Of a DNA stretch of 64,000 nt, positions 57,179 through 64,000 are shown piece after piece. Each line of letters begins with the position of its first letter. The stretch's first letter is position 1. Source of the stretch: Eledone cirrhosa (Eukaryota); NCBI GenBank assembly GCA_964016885.1, contig OZ024743.1, positions 36,952,001-37,016,000 on the forward strand. The letters run 5' to 3'. The position numbers and the translations under genes are program-made. The notes beneath the pieces were generated by a model. The model did no database searches. It had not been told where the DNA came from and worked only from the letters and a program-made list of their open reading frames with translations.

Positions 57179-57446
57179 ACAGAGAGAGAGATGTGTGTGT
57201 GTGTGTGTGTGACTAGGTGTCATTTTTTTCTTCAAATGTTGTTCACCGAAGGAAAATCTCGATTTAGGGTACAAAAAGAAATTTTTTTTTTGAAGGTGGT
57301 GCTTCAGCATGGCCACAGTCTAATGTCTGAAGTCAGTAAAAGAGTAATTGTTTATACACAATTCTGCTGTATTTATGTTCTTGTTCATGAGTTTAAGATC
57401 CAGAATACGAGCGAAACATCATTTTTTTATGTATAAGGAAAAGCAA
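56720..57446. repeat. Direct tandem duplication (~350-377 bp units), each unit containing a fold-back
   Basis: Units 56720-57096 and 57097-57446 are nearly identical apart from microsatellite lengths. Confidence 0.92.
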
Positions 57447-57880
57447 TATTTCAAAGTTTATTTCGTTTTTATCTTAATAAATTAAATCATATACTAAAAA
57501 TAAATGTGTTAATAAAATACATAATTAGTTTGGGCTTTTCGGCATCACTTTATCCGTGTTCTAACAGTGATTGAAGAGCAGTACAGTTTAAGTTGCGAAT
57601 CCGAGAAAAAAGAAATTTAAAATAGCACGAAAATATCGAATTGTTATAATCATAAGAAACCTAAAACAAGAATTGAATTTGAGGAATTAGGATTGAGATA
57701 AAGGTTATTGTGCGACTGCTCAGACCTAATTCCTGGGATAAATCTAGTTGGGTTGTTGGGTCAAGACACCGACTTCATGTAAAGTAACCGTTAGTAAATA
57801 GGTATGGCAAGGTACATAGCCTTTCCAAACCATATCAGTTATATATTAAAATAAAAGATATTTCAGAAGATTTTACTTAC

Positions 57881-58154
57881 CATTGTTCACCAGTGAAGAA
57901 GCCATGTTGACGTATTCGTGAGTCCATAGTGCTGAATAAGCAACTAATAATGAGCGACTGTCCGGCTGCGAGCAATTTCCATTGTTATTCAACTTCTGGT
58001 TAATATCCAAGAGAACAAGTGTTGTTGAACCATTGTACGACGGTTGATCAAATACGGGCTCAAGGGAAGTCTCGTTGAGCGCTGAAGCTGAGAATTTAAG
58101 CAGCATACCACGAAGGCTACCACTAACAAGCATCTTCCCTGAGACTTCTTCATG
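57881..58154 (-). CDS. Most 5' visible coding exon of a multi-VFT class C GPCR-like gene (N-terminus and start of VFT1)
   Basis: Acceptor TTTTTTTTATATTCTAG at 58155 and donor G|GTAAGT at 57880 (phase 1). Reads ...SALNETSLEPVFDQPSYNGSTTLVLLDINQKLNNNGNCSQPDSRSLLVAYSALWTHEYVNMASSLVNNG and joins in phase to LRVFDCC, matching the mGluR N-terminal pattern (C...AMxxAxxxIN...LG..I.DTC). The 5' boundary and start codon are uncertain. Confidence 0.7.
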
Positions 58155-58613
58155 CTAGAATATAAAAAAAAGGTAGAGTTATTGAGACGGCTAGAACAGA
58201 TTCGGTTGAATGAAACACAAACCATTACATCTCTAAGAGTAATTATAATGTAGAAACAACTAGTAAACTCCTGGGAGCTTGTGCGAGATAATCGGCTTCG
58301 CTTTACTCGGCAATATATATCATTTGGAAACTGGAAATAAATTCAGAAGTTACTCATAGATCTCAACGTTGGCGTCTAAATATTTTTCCAGGGGCTTCAA
58401 AAGAAGCTACACACGAAACTCTTAGTTCCTGAATAAATCTTGAAGTATTCCCAGTATATATATATATGTGTGTGTGTGTGTGCCGAGTTCAATCGGGGGT
58501 AACCACAGTAAGTAAAGTACTCAATACATAGTAGAGTATATACGTTTAATATAGAAAAGGCTTCTACAGGACTAGAACTGTTTCATTCGAAGGAAATCAC
58601 CAGGAAAGCCCAA

Positions 58614-58646
<33 letters not shown>

Positions 58647-58678
58647 GACACAGACACACACACACATACATACATACA

Positions 58679-58744
<66 letters not shown>

Positions 58745-59736
58745 TATATATATATGTAGTGTGTGCGTGCAGGCGTATGTCTGCTCACCCACATATGTAA
58801 AATAAAAGGGTACACCACCTCCATTCAAATACATACACATATTACAAATTTATATATTCATGCATGTATTCGTTTGTGTGTATATGAGTATTTACGTATT
58901 ATTTTCGTTAAGTGAAAATGTTTTTTCTCTAAGGATCAGAAATATTCGGTTCCATTCTGTATATAGCAGACAAACAATATATCCCTAGAGACTGGTAAGA
59001 AAACCATAAAATATATCAGATTAAATGGAAAGTAGCAGAATAGTAATTCTGTGCCAAACAGTTCTGTTTCCACAGCCATTGTTAACGTGTGTTAGGGTAA
59101 AAGTTAGAGAGCCAATATTGTTGTTACTACTGTTACGTTGGATAGAATGCTTTGCGTTGTTCTTTCCTACTCTCTGCACTCTGAGTTCAAATCGCACCAA
59201 TGCCAACTTTGACTTTCTTCCATTTAAGGTAGATAAAAACGTATCAATATAATACCGGGGTCAATTCTTCTTCTGTATTTCATTCTCAATTCCTTTCTAT
59301 CAGTCCCTCTCCTCCACTGGAAATATCGGTTGTATTCAAACCTAGAGAAGGATGGTTTCGCCAGGTTTAAAATGCCCAAGACACCTCGTATTTCACTACG
59401 GCACATCTACGACTTCAGGTATTACGAATCCATACATACTGCTACTGATGCTGTTTAGAATACTAGTTGTCTGTCCTAATTAAGCATGACAAAGGTATTC
59501 TAACAATTATATCGCATCCTTATCCTTTTCAAATACAACGGCACCGCATTATCCATTATATGTCTATCATTTCTTTTTTATGATGATGATGCTGAGTATG
59601 TGGGATGAAGGGAACTTTGCTGCTATTTCTAACAGATTAAGCAACCATATCAATGTTCTTTTGTTGGTTTGTCTAACTGCTAAACGTACAAATAGAAGCC
59701 GACATTCGTTCGCCTCATGTTATTTCATTGATCGTT

Positions 59737-59914
59737 GGATTGGCAGTATCGGTAGAGGGTCGGACGCCATGCTTTCCAGCATAGTTACGTCCCTTTACGA
59801 TCTGAGTTCAAATCCCGCCGAGGTTGACTTTGCCTTTCATCCTTACGGGGTCGATAAAATAAAGTACCAGTAATGTACTGGGTGATTGCTGGCCTTGTGC
59901 CTAAAGTAGAAACA
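59737..59914 (+). mobile_element. SINE A with 18-bp TSD
   Basis: GTTATTTCATTGATCGTT at 59719-59736 and 59915-59932. Confidence 0.9.
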
Positions 59915-60319
59915 GTTATTTCATTGATCGTTAATCTAAGTATTAGTCTACGACAGTGAATTGGTGAAATCGCTAGAATGTCGGACGGGATGCCTCGTGG
60001 TATTCGTTCCGGATATTTGCGTCTGAGTTCAAATCCCTTCGTAACGTATTTGGACGATAGACTTAATCCGCCGCCTGGTTTAATGTCATCACTTGACCAA
60101 TGAGTGTCTTTAGTGAACTCTAGTCTGCTGCAAGTGTTTGGGCCAGATCACTAGCTTCAGGATACCTTCCTTCTACCCTCTCACCAGTATCGAAGGCCCT
60201 GATGAAATAAAGGAGCAGAGGTGTCGCTATTCTTCCTGACTAAGTAATTAAAAGAGAAAAAGGTGGCACCATCACAGAAACGGTGAGCTGTGTACATGAA
60301 ATTATTTCAGTTCAGTTTA

Positions 60320-60424
<105 letters not shown>

Positions 60425-61957
60425 CGTGTGCGCGCGTCTGTAATGATTAACAATCAATACAGTGCAGGATTTTTAGTTAGAATGTACTCGCTAACTATAA
60501 TCAGTGAAATTTGTGGAGAGAGGTTGGTCAATATGTTCCTTCAAATAATCATTGATTACGTTTCATCAAAATTAATGAATAAACCATACTCTTCACTTTC
60601 AGTATCAACCCCTGTGTGTTTCGAAGTTACCAGCAATAAGAACGATTTCATAGGCATATCTAACATTATAACTAATAGAGCTAGTCTTCAAAATAACTTT
60701 TTTTTTTTTTTCTGGGCCACAGAGATTTAATAGAATGGGAGAAGAGTTCTGACATCCTCAGAATCGACACCTGATCAAAATGCTTACAAAAGAGTCAACT
60801 CTGTTAAAGATCATCCAAGATCCAGGTGGTAGTGGTGTACCGGTAATATGTAAAAGGAAGAAATAGTTAAGACAGGCGCATCATTTCGTAAACAGATTAA
60901 ACTGTGTAAAGAAAGCAAAGGGCGATCACATTGAACTAAATAAATGCTAAACACTCCGCAATAAATTGTCATAAACATAAATTAAATATAGGTGGCGAAT
61001 TGGCAGTGTCGTTAGAGTGTGATATTAAATGCTTTGCAGCATTTTGTTCTGGCCCACTTCATTATTAGTTCAAATCCCAACGGAGTCAACTTGGTCTTTC
61101 ATTTTTCAGGATCGATAAATAAAGAACCATTTCAGAGGTAGTGGATAGGTGGAATTGTTAAATTGTTGAATGAGATGTATTGCAGTATCTTTTCTGTTTT
61201 AAGTTCATATCTCACCTCCTTACCAGATAATCTAACGAAGCTTCTGTCAGTATTGTATCGGCAATAGAAATACCGATGAAAATAAATCTCTTGGTCCGAT
61301 CTGAGGATCAGTCTTTTCCTTTCCTATATTAAATATATGATACACTTCCTAAGTGTTTTCTATCACTCTTATGGTTTGCGTCAAACCGAGGCTATAACAG
61401 AAAACATTTATCCGAAGTATCGCGCAATGAAATCAAGCCTGAACCTACATGATCAAGAAGGGAACTATTAAACACATACAGCCACACCTTCACCTGAATT
61501 AGTTCGTGGTATATATGAACAAAGATTTTTTTAGAAACAACATATTTTCTCATTAACTTTTTCGTTATCATATTTCTATTAAAAACACTATCCAAAATTT
61601 TCAAATTATCTCGACGTTAACTAATTTTCTCATTAAGATGTTGTTTCGAGCATAAACTAACAAAGGGTTTTACATAAATTTATGATGGAGATGTTTTAGA
61701 TAAATATAAACATTTTAAAACAACCAGTTTTCTATGATAGAATCAGGGCAATTCCAAGCGGCTTGATTTCAAAAGTGTTAATGACGATAGCAATTAGTCA
61801 ACACTAACACCAGCTAATACCTTTGTAAAGTTTAAAACCAGAAAACCGGAAATACGTGATATATTTAGATGGAGATAGGTTTTTAATTTTTTCAAACTTT
61901 TTCTCCTTTTATAGATATGTGGGTGTGAGGTCAAATAGAAACAACTTTGCAAAAAGC

Positions 61958-62045
<88 letters not shown>

Positions 62046-62100
62046 TATATATATATACATATACACATATATATACACATATATATACACATATATATAT

Positions 62101-62154
<54 letters not shown>

Positions 62155-62507
62155 TTCCTTTATGTGTGTGTGTGCAAAAGTTAAATTACTGCCATTAAAA
62201 ATACAACAGACAAAAGTAATTAAAATTTCCTTTTATACGTAAGATATCAAGAACAGGTAAATGGCTTTTATGTTCTGTTTCGATGTTTTGTGGACTATTA
62301 TTAATATCATTATTGTTGTTGTTTTAATTATTTTCGTGTTTAATTAGTACATATCGGAAGCACTAAAGTTAAGTTCAATTCAGTTTTAAAATCAATTTTG
62401 CCATACACACACACACACACACCCACACACCCACACACACACACATGTATGCGCACTCGCATATTTGAATGTAGCTGTTTTTTCAATTTTTCAAGAGCAC
62501 TAGTGGG

Positions 62508-62571
<64 letters not shown>

Positions 62572-62640
62572 CACTCTCAAGCGTGAACCTAATACCAACA
62601 CTGTTCGTACTACACTTTTAGTTATTGTTTTTGTTTTTTA

Positions 62641-62685
<45 letters not shown>

Positions 62686-62869
62686 GTGTATGTATATATA
62701 TATATATGTATATGTGTATGTATATATATATATGTATATGTGTATGTATATATATATATGCTTCTTTGTTCTCCGCCTTTCATTAGTTTGTTCTCTGAAA
62801 CAATCTGATTATTGGCAGATATTTCGTTAGTTTCCCCATCTATAAATGAAGATTACTTTTCCGCATCTC

Positions 62870-64000
62870 GTAGGAGAGAGGAAGAGAACATAGAAGAGTG
62901 GAGGAGACAGAGCGGGTGGAGAGAGTAGAGTAAGAGAGAGAGTGCGAGGGAGAGAGAGAGGGGGGGTAACAGAGAGAGTGTGTGTGAGGGAAAGAAAGCG
63001 AGGGGGAAGGTAAAAGAGAGAGGGGTAGGGTAAGACAGAGTGTGTGAGGGGGAGAGAGAGAGAGAGGGGGGTAGGGTAAGAGAGAGAGTGTAAGGGAGAG
63101 AGAGAGGGGGTAGGGTAAGAGAGAGTGTGTGAGGGAGAGAGAGAGATGGGTAGGGTAAGAGAGAGTGTGTAAGGGAGAGAGAGAGTGTGTAAGGGAGAGA
63201 GAGAGAGAGTGTGTGTGTGTGTGTAAGGGAGAGAGAGAGGGGTAGGGTAAGAGAGAGTGGGTGAGGGAGAAAGAGAGAGGGGTAGGGTAAGAGAGAGTGG
63301 GTGAGGGAGAGAGAGAGAGGTAGGGTAAGAGAGAGTGTGTAAGGGAGAGAGAGAGAGAGTGTGTGTGTAAGGGAGAGAGAGAGGGGGTAGGGTAAGAGAG
63401 AGTGTGTGAGGGAGAGAGAGAGAGGAGTAGGGTAAGAGAGAGTGTGTGAGGGAGAGAGAGAGAGGAGTAGGGTAAGAGAGAGTGTGTAAGGGAGAGAGAG
63501 AGAGAGTGTGTGTGTGTAAGGGAGAGAGAGTGGGTGAGGGTAAGAGAGAGTGGGTGAGGGAGAGAGAGAGAGGGGTAGGGTAAGAGAGAGTGTGTAAGGG
63601 AGAGAGAGAGAGAGTGTGTGTGTGTGTGTAAGGGAGAGAGAGAGAGGGGGTAGGGTAAGAGAGAGTGGGTGAGGGAGAGAGAGAGGGGTAGGGTAAGAGA
63701 GAGAGAGAGAGAGGCGTAGGGTAAGAGAGAGTGTGTAAGGGAGAGAGAGAGAGAGAGAGTGTGTGTGTGTGTGTGTAAGGGAGAGAGAGAGGGGGTAGGG
63801 TAAGAGAGAGTGGGTGAGGTAGAGTGAGAGAGGGGTAGGGTAAGAGAGAGTGTGTAAGGGAGAGAGAGAGAGAGAGAGTGTGTGTGTGTGTGTAAGGGAG
63901 AGAGAGAGGGGGTAGGGTAAGAGAGAGTGGGTGAGGGAGAGAGAGAGAGGGGTAGGGTAAGAGAGAGTGTGTAAGGGACAGAGAGAGAGTGTGTGTGTGT
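62870..64000. repeat. G-rich composite satellite GGGGTAGGGTAA(GA)n(GT)n(A/G)AGG(GA)n, running off the window
   Basis: Read directly; more than 20 units. Confidence 0.93.

Overview
AT-rich eukaryotic DNA, dense in microsatellites. The SINE, LINE and microsatellite content looks like a coleoid cephalopod (octopus), which is an inference. Most of the long ORFs in the track are repeat artefacts. One real gene runs on the minus strand with six GT-AG exons: 57881-58154, 10591-10686, 8436-8596, 7343-8086, 4312-5655 and 1-1090 (the last runs off the window). It encodes a class C GPCR/mGluR-like ectodomain with at least three tandem, divergent Venus-flytrap (VFT/ANF-receptor) modules joined by Cys-rich linkers; no 7TM domain is visible here. 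Its 47-kb intron holds several things: two restriction-like-endonuclease (RLE) LINEs stacked in one (TACA)n microsatellite; Penelope-like terminal repeats in (TA)n tracts, carrying two families of hammerhead-ribozyme motifs; many tRNA-derived SINEs with target-site duplications (TSDs); RTE fragments; a MITE; and a ~7-kb block of three tandem repeats. (TA)n-centred fold-back palindromes recur across the window.
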